Below are positions 35,930-44,438 of a DNA stretch of 64,000 bases, one piece after another. Position 1 is the first letter of the stretch, and the number at the start of each line of letters is the position of its first letter. The DNA comes from Candidatus Zixiibacteriota bacterium (GTDB lineage Bacteria > Zixibacteria > MSB-5A5 > UBA10806 > 4484-95). Where the stretch lies: assembly GCA_037441845.1 (NCBI GenBank), contig JBBIRK010000001.1, positions 32,001-96,000 of the forward strand, read 5' to 3'. The position numbers were made by a program, and so were the translations under genes. Under the pieces are notes generated by a model, which did not search any database, was not told where the DNA came from, and saw only the letters and a program-made list of their open reading frames with translations.

Positions 35930-38900
35930 ATGCGGTTGGTTCAAAGTAAATTAGTTTTAGCGTTCGCCCTGCTATTTTTCGGAGCAAGTCAACTTCTCGC
36001 TGCGTTTATCGCCAACGTCCCGGATACCCAGCAGCCGCCTGCCGGTTCGTTGGGGAATCCGACTGACAACGCCTGCGCACCGACCTCGGCGGAAAACATC
36101 ACCGAATACTGGGACTTGGTGATGGCTCACCCGAACGCGCTTGGGGTCAACGCCGGGATACCATCGAATTTCGTGGTCGATTACTTATACTATTTCATGG
36201 ATACCGACAACTGGGGCAGCCCTGCCCGCCTTAACGGGACATCGGCGCAATATCCGCCGGCGCTGGGCACATATAATGTGGATATCATGCCCGGCTTCTA
36301 TGAATACGTCCGATGGGATGCGACTCATCCGTTTACGACGCCGCCACCCGCCTTGCCACCCGGCAAAAACGGTTATGACTGGTTGTTTACGACCGATTAT
36401 GCGGCTGGATTCCCATATCATGTGGCTGAAATCGATTCCGGTCGGCCGGATATAGTCTGCTTTCAATACTGGAATCCTATGCCGACTGGTGTGGTAATAA
36501 ATGAACCCGGATTCGGCCCCGTTGATTTTTTCATCTGGGGACCGCCGCGCTCCAGTTCGATGCCGCCGGAGCCGATCGAAAACTGGAATTTCAACAGCGG
36601 ACCCGAAGGGATCGGGCATGCGGTAACCGGAGTCGGATATTACAGCAATTTCGATCCGGACGGTGCGGGGCCGCTCCCGCAAACCGACTGGATCGTCTGC
36701 CATGATAACTGGCCGACAACACCCGTTAATGTGGCAATTCCCTGGGCAAATTGGAAAGCCACGGTTACCGCCAACCCCGGGATTATCGAAGAACCGGACA
36801 GCCTATACTGGAAAGATTTCAACGGCCCGCAGCTTCCCGGCGGTTATATGCCGGACTTCGATCAGATGCAGGACTTTAACGGCGATAGTTTGACCGAAAT
36901 CGCCTATTGTGGACCGGTGGCGGTGGCCAATTCGTTCTGGTGGTTTCAGGGCAAATACCCGAACCGGACAATAATCGATCCCCTGTTCTATCCGCAGAAT
37001 CCTCTCGGATTCATAGAGCTGTTGGCGGTTCTGATGAAAACCAATAGAAACGGCATGCCGCCGTTTTTAATGAACGGGACCTATGTCGACAGCATGGAGG
37101 CCGGAATCGACCAATATCTGCGAATGATGCAGATCGATGACTTACTCTACGAGCATACGATTTACAGGCCGACTTTCGATACGATCGAATTCGAAATCGA
37201 GCGCTGTCAGGACGTGACCCTTTTGATTGGATTCTGGGTTGTTCGCGATGTCGTGGAGATCGGACCCGGCCAATGGATTGTGACGTGGGCGAGGACGGGA
37301 GGTCATTATGTGACTGCGGCCGGCGTCAACTCCGAGGAACGGCTGATCGGAATATCAGATCCACGGTTCGACAACTTCGAGGCCGGCGTATGCAACGGCG
37401 TTCTAAGAGGTGTCAACCATAATCATCCGACCGGACACAACGACGGCGTCAGCGCCTCACACGACATCTATAGCGTCAACGATACTATGCCCTGCAGCCC
37501 GGGCGGCTTGTGGGAGCTGGAACATCCGTTCTGGCACCAGCTCGGATTGACCTATGAATTCGCCCATCAAAATGAAGATACGGTGCTTATAACCTTACCC
37601 TGGCTCTGCCGGATTCCGCCGGTCGTAGGTGCGGTTTATTCGGAGATAGAAGCCGCGGTAATAGTTTCGCCCTACGATGGAATACCGGATATCGACGTGT
37701 TACCCGAGACATTGAACTACGTGCAGCGAGTGGATCAAATCCAGACTTATCTTGACCAGATCATAGTCTGCAATACGGGAACCGCCCCTCTGAGCGTCGA
37801 TTCGATCACCTGCGATTTATCATGGGTGACGACGTCATTCGCACCGACCGTTATCGGGCCCGGAATATGTGATACGTTTGACGTTACCATAAACACCAAT
37901 GGGCTGGCTTTAGGGCTTTACAACGGCACGTTCCATGTATATTCGACGGATCCCGACGAAGCGGTCGTGAATAAGCCCGCCATCAATGTTTTGGTAATCG
38001 CACCCAATATCAACGTCAATCCGGCGACACTTAATCACAGCCAGGTGACGAATACGGTGGTGATTTATCCCAATGATTTCACGATTTCGAATTCGGGAAC
38101 CGCGCCTTTGAATTATATCGGCTCCAATACCCTACCATGGATAGCCCTAATCGGTATGACCGGGCATATCCCGCCCGGCGGAACTGACTTCGTCAGCCTG
38201 AATGTCAACACGACCGGCATAGCTCCCGGGATCTATTACGACTCGGTGACAATCGTCTCCGACGACCCCGATACGCCGGTGCTGGTCATGCCGTACATTA
38301 CGATTCAGGTAACTCAACAGCCGGCCGAGAGCTTGTACTGGAAAGATTTCAACGGTCCGGAGAACGCTGACGGCTATATGCCTGATTTCGACCAGAATCA
38401 GGATTTCGACAACGACGGGCAGATCGATGTGGCATACTGTGGGCCGGTGTCGGTCGCCAACTCGCTTTGGTGGTTCCAGGGTAAATATCCAGACAGTGTC
38501 ATAGTCCTGCCTCCATTCTATCCGGGCAATCCGCTTGGTTTCGTGCAGATTCTGGCGAACATGATGAAAACCAATACGGGTGGAATCTTGGGAACGGACG
38601 TGGACAGCATGCAAGCCGGGATCGAGGCGTATTTAACGATGATGGGGTTGAACCGCCTGCTGTATGAGCACACGATTTATCAACCGACGTTCGATACGAT
38701 CGAAGCGGAAATCGAACGTTGCCAGGATGTAACATTGCTGCTCGGAATCTGGGTTATCGATTGGGTGCAACAGGTGGGACCGAACGAATGGATAGTCGGC
38801 TGGATGAGAACCGGCGGACATTACGTAACCGCCCACGGTGTGAACTCCCAACTGGGGCTCATCGGTATATCTGATCCGGACAACGACAATTTCGAGTTGG

Positions 38901-39508
38901 GGATTTGCAATGGCGTATTGCGCGGTCTGAATCATATTCACCCTGCAGGTCACAACGACGGTGTCAGCGCCTCGCATGATGTCTATAACGATAATACTCA
39001 ACCGTGCAGTCCCGGCGGGCTTTGGGAGCTTGAGCATCCATTCTGGCATGGCCCGCATCTTATAAGCCGCTATCAGAATCAAAACGGCGGGATGCGTATG
39101 CATGTGGCACCATGGCCATGTCCATGGATTCAACCGGTGCCCGGGGCTGTTTACACTGAAATCGAGGCGGCGGTCATCGTCTCCCCGATCGCCGGTTGCG
39201 ATTTCGTCCCCGGAGATATCAACGGCGACGGCAACGTGATGGGAGGCGATGTAACCTACGGCGTCCGCTACTTCAAGGGACTGGGCAATCCGCCGCCTGA
39301 TTCTTGCTGGAACGACTCTACCGGCAGTTGGCTCTATTCCGCCGGCGATGCCAACGGCGATTGTCAGTTCAGAGGATCGGATATCACATTCCTGGTGGCA
39401 TATTTCAAAGGGTTCCAGCCGCGGATAAAGTGGTGTCCGCAGACTCCGCCTTTAGTGATTCCGCCGCTTATCAGGCCGAAGGAGATACTTACTGAGCCGT
39501 TGAAATGA
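35930..39508 (+). CDS. Large secreted protein (1192 aa): three papain-fold/C39-like cysteine peptidase domains, two Ig-like domains, C-terminal dockerin-like domain
   Basis: SD GGAGGAG and a signal peptide. Motifs CAPTS/GHAVTG/HDNW, then twice YCGPV.VANS.WW/GGHYVT/ISDP. Two N.GTAPL Ig-like modules. Tail GDINGDG.V...D..Y...YF and GDANGD......D..FL..YF. Confidence 0.82.
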   Translation: MRLVQSKLVLAFALLFFGASQLLAAFIANVPDTQQPPAGSLGNPTDNACAPTSAENITEYWDLVMAHPNALGVNAGIPSNFVVDYLYYFMDTDNWGSPARLNGTSAQYPPALGTYNVDIMPGFYEYVRWDATHPFTTPPPALPPGKNGYDWLFTTDYAAGFPYHVAEIDSGRPDIVCFQYWNPMPTGVVINEPGFGPVDFFIWGPPRSSSMPPEPIENWNFNSGPEGIGHAVTGVGYYSNFDPDGAGPLPQTDWIVCHDNWPTTPVNVAIPWANWKATVTANPGIIEEPDSLYWKDFNGPQLPGGYMPDFDQMQDFNGDSLTEIAYCGPVAVANSFWWFQGKYPNRTIIDPLFYPQNPLGFIELLAVLMKTNRNGMPPFLMNGTYVDSMEAGIDQYLRMMQIDDLLYEHTIYRPTFDTIEFEIERCQDVTLLIGFWVVRDVVEIGPGQWIVTWARTGGHYVTAAGVNSEERLIGISDPRFDNFEAGVCNGVLRGVNHNHPTGHNDGVSASHDIYSVNDTMPCSPGGLWELEHPFWHQLGLTYEFAHQNEDTVLITLPWLCRIPPVVGAVYSEIEAAVIVSPYDGIPDIDVLPETLNYVQRVDQIQTYLDQIIVCNTGTAPLSVDSITCDLSWVTTSFAPTVIGPGICDTFDVTINTNGLALGLYNGTFHVYSTDPDEAVVNKPAINVLVIAPNINVNPATLNHSQVTNTVVIYPNDFTISNSGTAPLNYIGSNTLPWIALIGMTGHIPPGGTDFVSLNVNTTGIAPGIYYDSVTIVSDDPDTPVLVMPYITIQVTQQPAESLYWKDFNGPENADGYMPDFDQNQDFDNDGQIDVAYCGPVSVANSLWWFQGKYPDSVIVLPPFYPGNPLGFVQILANMMKTNTGGILGTDVDSMQAGIEAYLTMMGLNRLLYEHTIYQPTFDTIEAEIERCQDVTLLLGIWVIDWVQQVGPNEWIVGWMRTGGHYVTAHGVNSQLGLIGISDPDNDNFELGICNGVLRGLNHIHPAGHNDGVSASHDVYNDNTQPCSPGGLWELEHPFWHGPHLISRYQNQNGGMRMHVAPWPCPWIQPVPGAVYTEIEAAVIVSPIAGCDFVPGDINGDGNVMGGDVTYGVRYFKGLGNPPPDSCWNDSTGSWLYSAGDANGDCQFRGSDITFLVAYFKGFQPRIKWCPQTPPLVIPPLIRPKEILTEPLK
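36800..37672 (+). repeat. Internal domain repeat, copy 1 (about 290 aa, SLYWKDFNGP...EIEAAVIVSP)
   Basis: Near-identical blocks with copy 2, e.g. GYMPDFDQ.QDF, LYEHTIY.PTFDTIE.EIERCQDVTLL, HNDGVSASHD, PCSPGGLWELEHPFWH. Confidence 0.9.
38330..39187 (+). repeat. Internal domain repeat, copy 2
   Basis: Paralog of 36800-37672, with many synonymous differences at the DNA level. Confidence 0.9.
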
Positions 39509-39563
39509 CCGGTCATACAGATCATCGTTCGCCATGAGGATCGTGGCGATCGACAGGTAAATC

Positions 39564-39597
39564 GAAGCCCCCTGTCGTACACGGCAGGGGGCGCTTC
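39564..39597. terminator. Strong hairpin between convergent genes (probable bidirectional terminator)
   Basis: GAAGCCCCCTGTCG-TACA-CGGCAGGGGGCGCTTC. Confidence 0.7.
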
Positions 39598-39605
39598 ATT
39601 TGCGA

Positions 39606-40991
39606 TTAAGGTTTTGCGGCGGGAATCGGGGATTGTTCGTCGGTGGCGGTCTGTATTTTGCCGACGGCGGCGATCAGACAATTATCAGGGTCGATATATT
39701 TCCGCGAAACCTCTCGAACGGCCGAGGGCGTGACAGTTTCCAGGTGGCGGAAATAGTCATCATCGTAGTTGAAAGGAAGGCCGATGAATTCGTAATAGGC
39801 CATGTTGTATGCCTGATTCACGCTATTCATGTTTCTCATCAGCGATGAGCCCCAAAGCGAATTGCGGGCTCGATCCAGTTCGATCTGAGTGACCGTGTCG
39901 GCGTGCATTTTTTCCATCTCGTCGAGAATACCGTTGCGGGCGATATCGAAATTTAGATAGCCGGTGCCGATAGCCGCCACGTACCATCCGAAATCGCCCA
40001 GCATGCTTATGTCGGCGCCTACGGAATAAGCCAGCCCCTGTTTTTCCCGCAGATTAAGTTTCAAACGCGAGGATAAAATTTCGATCGCCAATATCAAAGC
40101 CGGCGCATCGGCCGAACGCATACCCGGTGTCAGGCTTCCGATATAAATATATACCTGCTCCTTATCCAGCCATTCCATAACAAAAGAGCTGTCGCGGGCG
40201 CCGGCGTCGGCCAAGGGTCTTTCGATCGACGGGCTTTTAACCGGATAAGGGCTCATTCTCCCGAAACTCTTTTTCACCCATTTCATGACCGTCTTGGGTT
40301 CGGAATTGGAGACTATTGCCAGAATAAGGTTTTGCGGAGAATAATATTTCTTATGAAAAGAAACCAGATCCGCACGGGTGAATGATTCCACCGATTCCCG
40401 AGTCCCCATCACCGGCCGGGCCAGCGGATGATTCTTAAACAGCTCTCTGTAAAAAAGATTGCGGCACGACTGGCTGGTGGAAGACGACTCCATCCTCAAA
40501 TAACCGCCCACCTGGGTTTTCGTCTTTTCGATTTCGCTCTGGGGAAACGATGGAGATGCCACCAGTTCGTAAAGGAGCTTCAATCCCTTCTCCGCGTATT
40601 CGTCGATCGTCTGGAATTTTATGAAGCTGAACGCCCGCCACGTATAGCGATCATCATATGGCAAATGCGGATCATCGTTGGTCGTAATCTGCGCCCCGAT
40701 ATCATCGAGCGCTTCCTGAATCTGTTCGGCGTTTTTATCGGCCGTGCCCTTGATCAGCAAGCGATTGACGAAATCGGTGATCCCCTCTTTACCGGGCTGT
40801 TCCCAGGCGGCGCGGTTGCGACCCAGAACATTTACTCCGAATACTCTCGAATCCGGATTGTGTTTGATAATAACCACCAGTCCGTTGGGAAGCGTCTCTT
40901 TCAGAAATCCATCATCCGCCTTAGCCGAAAACGCGGTAGCGGCAATGCTTAGGTAAACCAAGATTAACGATAGAAAACGCATATCAGTCAT
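39606..40991 (-). CDS. M16 (pitrilysin) family peptidase, non-catalytic subunit, exported
   Basis: Signal peptide, L.NGL, G....V..LL.KGT, SRL...LREKQGLAY.V. HxxEH replaced by DFVNR. Confidence 0.88.
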   Translation of the reverse strand: MTDMRFLSLILVYLSIAATAFSAKADDGFLKETLPNGLVVIIKHNPDSRVFGVNVLGRNRAAWEQPGKEGITDFVNRLLIKGTADKNAEQIQEALDDIGAQITTNDDPHLPYDDRYTWRAFSFIKFQTIDEYAEKGLKLLYELVASPSFPQSEIEKTKTQVGGYLRMESSSTSQSCRNLFYRELFKNHPLARPVMGTRESVESFTRADLVSFHKKYYSPQNLILAIVSNSEPKTVMKWVKKSFGRMSPYPVKSPSIERPLADAGARDSSFVMEWLDKEQVYIYIGSLTPGMRSADAPALILAIEILSSRLKLNLREKQGLAYSVGADISMLGDFGWYVAAIGTGYLNFDIARNGILDEMEKMHADTVTQIELDRARNSLWGSSLMRNMNSVNQAYNMAYYEFIGLPFNYDDDYFRHLETVTPSAVREVSRKYIDPDNCLIAAVGKIQTATDEQSPIPAAKP

Positions 40992-42294
40992 CCTCTCCCT
41001 TCTCCGGGATCACCGCCATCGCCAGATATTCGCGCTCAGCGGCTATTTTGCCGGCGACCCTCCGCACGTCATCAGCTTTCACTTGACTCAGATTTCGGAT
41101 ATAGTCCTGCAAAAACGCGTAGCCGCAATTGACGATCTTCGAGGCCACCAGCATGCCGTAATAATGCAGCCGCTCCTCTTGATATATATTTTCGGTTTTA
41201 ACCCGGACTACGGCCCGTTTCAATCGGCCCTGATCGACTCCGAATTGCGCGATATCCGCGAAAACCCGATTCACCAGCGAGACTATTTGATCGACATATT
41301 GCGGTCCGGCGGCGACGGCATCGAAATGCAGAAGCGAGAAATCCTGATCGGTCTCGAGATAAACCGACATTTCGTTGACCAGAGGTTGGGAGCGGTCGGT
41401 CAATGCCTTGTAAAGCGGCGATGACTCACCCGAATCGAGCAGCCGCGCCATCATGTCATAGGCGTAATAATCGGGATCCCGGAAATGCGGCGCCGGAAAG
41501 ACCATGTGCACGTGGGTGTTTTTCGTCGGCGCGCGGCGGATATGAACGGTATCGCCATACGGAGGCCTTACGGGAATAGGCTTATAGAGCGGAACCGGCC
41601 CGGCGCTGACCGAACCGTAGTATTTATCTATCAAGCCGCTGAATTCCTCGATCGAAAAATCGCCGATAAAAAGCCCGATCATGTTATTGGGACGGTAATG
41701 GTTACGATAGTAGCGCAGGACCGTGTCCCGCGGAATCGTGGCGATCACGTCTATCGGTCCCAGAACCGGCCGAGCGAACGATGTTCCACGGTAGATGAGC
41801 GAGTCGAAATACATTTCGGCCCTATAGGCGGGATTATCGTAGTCTTTACGGATCTCCTCGATGACTATGTTTCTTTCCTTGGGGAATTCCGTCTCCGGCA
41901 AGATCGAGTTGAACAACTGATCGGACTGTAAATCGAGAGCCGACTCGGCGTGTCGCGATGGAACGACGAACAGATAGGCGGTAAGATCCTTGCGCGTGAA
42001 TGCGTTTATATAACCGCCTATATCTTTCACCCCCTCATTGATCGCCAGCCGGTCACGTTTGCCTGTCCCGTTGAAAAGCAAATGCTCCAAGAAATGAGTG
42101 AACCCGTTGTTGGTCTCGTCTTCGAATTTGCTTCCGGCGCGCACATAAACGATTCCCGCTACCAGCGGAGCGGCATGATTTTCTTTAAGTATAACCACCA
42201 TTCCGTTTTTCAACGTAAATTGGACCGTCCTACCGGCGAAAGATGCAGAAAACAACAAAATAACCAAAATTGAACTCAGCAATGATCTGATCAT
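40984..42294 (-). CDS. M16 (pitrilysin) family zinc peptidase, catalytic subunit, exported
   Basis: SD GGAGGAG, signal peptide, G..HFLEHLLF.GT, NAFT..D.T.Y, E...V.EE, Y.PNNM. Confidence 0.92.
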   Translation of the reverse strand: MIRSLLSSILVILLFSASFAGRTVQFTLKNGMVVILKENHAAPLVAGIVYVRAGSKFEDETNNGFTHFLEHLLFNGTGKRDRLAINEGVKDIGGYINAFTRKDLTAYLFVVPSRHAESALDLQSDQLFNSILPETEFPKERNIVIEEIRKDYDNPAYRAEMYFDSLIYRGTSFARPVLGPIDVIATIPRDTVLRYYRNHYRPNNMIGLFIGDFSIEEFSGLIDKYYGSVSAGPVPLYKPIPVRPPYGDTVHIRRAPTKNTHVHMVFPAPHFRDPDYYAYDMMARLLDSGESSPLYKALTDRSQPLVNEMSVYLETDQDFSLLHFDAVAAGPQYVDQIVSLVNRVFADIAQFGVDQGRLKRAVVRVKTENIYQEERLHYYGMLVASKIVNCGYAFLQDYIRNLSQVKADDVRRVAGKIAAEREYLAMAVIPEKGEDD

Positions 42295-42491
42295 TAACTC
42301 CTCCCTGGCCGTAAGATCACCGGCAACGATAATCGCCCCCAAGCTTGCCTGTCAAGCCCTTTATCGGAAAGCAAACTCCCAAGTTATCGACATGGTTTCA
42401 CCGAACGGATATTCTTAAGTGAATTCACTACGATGGCTACGATGGTGTAGATTGTGAAGGCACCGATCTGATAGTCGCCTGGGGAAAAGCG

Positions 42492-42773
42492 CTATTGCGG
42501 AATCTTTTGATTTTGCAGTTTCTCGAGCTCCCGATGGTAAGCGTCGAGGACGGTCTGCTCGATTATCCGGCGCATATCGGCGTTAATTGGATGAGCTATA
42601 TCCTGAAAGCCACCGCCCGGCCGCTTTTTCGAGGGCATAGAAATGAAGAGGCCGCGTCCACTATCGATTATTTTAAGACCGCGGACCACGAACGATCGAT
42701 CGAATGTGATATTGGCAAACCCTTTGAGTTTCGGCTCATTGCGTATCGACAACTTAACCTCGGTGATTTCCAT
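42492..42773 (-). CDS. spoVG: SpoVG family nucleic-acid-binding protein
   Basis: MEITEV......KLK.FA.ITFD..FVV.GLKII....GLF.SMPS......F.DIAHPIN..MR..I...VL.AY. SD GGAGGAG. Confidence 0.93.
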   Translation of the reverse strand: MEITEVKLSIRNEPKLKGFANITFDRSFVVRGLKIIDSGRGLFISMPSKKRPGGGFQDIAHPINADMRRIIEQTVLDAYHRELEKLQNQKIPQ

Positions 42774-43290
42774 GGCTCCTCCAATACTTCATCGCTGGTT
42801 GCCTGCTTAAACTGTTCCTCAAACGGCGATAAATCGACCGGAAGTTGTCAGGCAAGCCCCCTTTGCGCCAGCGAACGAACCAATGATATCGCTATCCGCG
42901 CCGGGCCGTTCGATTCGTTCATCGCCATCGTTTTTCCCATCGGTTTCAGGTCGATATCCAATACGGCCTTTAATTACGCCGAAATCATTATTTGCGTGAC
43001 AAGACTCCATGAAAATCATTCGAACCATTAAGTTAGAGTATTGTATCTATTATAAATTAGATGTGGAATAACGGACTTGTCAAGCTATATTTGGCATCAG
43101 CCGAATAACTTATCCGAAATGAAGATACTTCCGTCCAACGGTTTGCGATCTCGGTTCGTGTGAAAATTCTTTACCCTTAGGCGGAACATAGAGTATATTA
43201 TGACGATATTCGAGATATATGAAAGGCAAAGCGAGGCTCGGTCTATTATTCGGCCGAGACCGGACTAAGCATCCGATCCAGGGAGAATAA

Positions 43291-44262
43291 ATGAGAGCGC
43301 TGATTACCGGCATTACCGGTCAGGACGGGTCCTACCTGGCCGATTTCCTGCTTGCAAAAGGATACGAAGTTTGGGGCATGGTCCGCCGTAATTCCACAGA
43401 GAATTTCGAACGCATTGAACATATCAGGGACAAGTTGATTTTACGGCAGGCCGACTTGCTCGATCAACTTTCGCTCATCGAGATCATCGATGAATGTCGG
43501 CCCGATGAAATTTATAATTTGGCGGCGCAGTCGTTCGTGCCTACCAGCTGGGCGCAGCCAATCCTCACCGGCGAATTCGATGCTCTTGGCGTAACCCGGA
43601 TGCTCGAGGCGATCCGGCATATCGATCCCAAAATCAAGTTTTATCAGGCATCGTCCTCGGAAATGTTCGGCAAGGTGCGCGAGGTGCCGCAGACGGAGAA
43701 GACGCCTTTTTACCCTCGTTCGCCTTATGGCGTGGCTAAAGTCTATGGGCACTTCATAACGGTGAACTATCGTGAAAGCTACAATATTTTTGCGGTATCC
43801 GGGATATTATTCAATCACGAGTCGCCGCGGCGGGGCCTGGAATTCGTGACCCGAAAAATCACCGACGGCGCCGCCCGGATCAAACTCGGACTGGGGGATA
43901 AACTTTATTTGGGCAATCTCGACGCCAAACGGGACTGGGGCTATGCGCTCGATTACGTGCGGGCGATGTGGATGATGCTTCAACATGACCGCCCCGACAA
44001 TTTCGTTATCGCCAGCGGCAAAAATCATTCAGTGCGCGAATTTTGCGAGATCGCGTTCGGTTGCGTGGATCTCGATTATCGCGACTATGTGGCGACGGAC
44101 CCGGCGTTCATGCGCCCGGCTGAGGTGGATATTCTGCTGGGCGATTCGTCGCACGCCCGAAAAACGCTCGGATGGGAACCGGAAGTAAGTTTCGAGCAGA
44201 TGGTGAAGTTGATGGTGGAGGCGGATCTGGAAAGATTAAGGTCGGCCAAACCAAGTCGATAA
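43291..44262 (+). CDS. gmd: GDP-mannose 4,6-dehydratase
   Basis: [65 protein letters not shown]. Confidence 0.96.
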   Translation: MRALITGITGQDGSYLADFLLAKGYEVWGMVRRNSTENFERIEHIRDKLILRQADLLDQLSLIEIIDECRPDEIYNLAAQSFVPTSWAQPILTGEFDALGVTRMLEAIRHIDPKIKFYQASSSEMFGKVREVPQTEKTPFYPRSPYGVAKVYGHFITVNYRESYNIFAVSGILFNHESPRRGLEFVTRKITDGAARIKLGLGDKLYLGNLDAKRDWGYALDYVRAMWMMLQHDRPDNFVIASGKNHSVREFCEIAFGCVDLDYRDYVATDPAFMRPAEVDILLGDSSHARKTLGWEPEVSFEQMVKLMVEADLERLRSAKPSR

Positions 44263-44321
44263 AGTCGGTTGGGATAGCCCAAGGCGGATTTCCCGGCGGT
44301 GTATGTCCCGGCAATTAATTA

Positions 44322-44349
44322 TTGACATAAATGGATAAAAATCTATATT
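44322..44349 (+). promoter_or_regulatory. sigma70 promoter for secDF
   Basis: TTGACA (44322-27), 16 nt, TATATT (44344-49). Confidence 0.6.
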
Positions 44350-44438
44350 GAAAAATTATGCGTGGAATGCCGCAGGAAAGAATTCGCCTGCCGAAAACAG
44401 ATGCTAATCGCCCGGATTCGTCCGATAAGTCGGAGTAA

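Noticed and set aside
42819..43028. 69-aa ORF upstream of spoVG
   Set aside because: No clear SD or recognisable composition. Treated as probable leader sequence.
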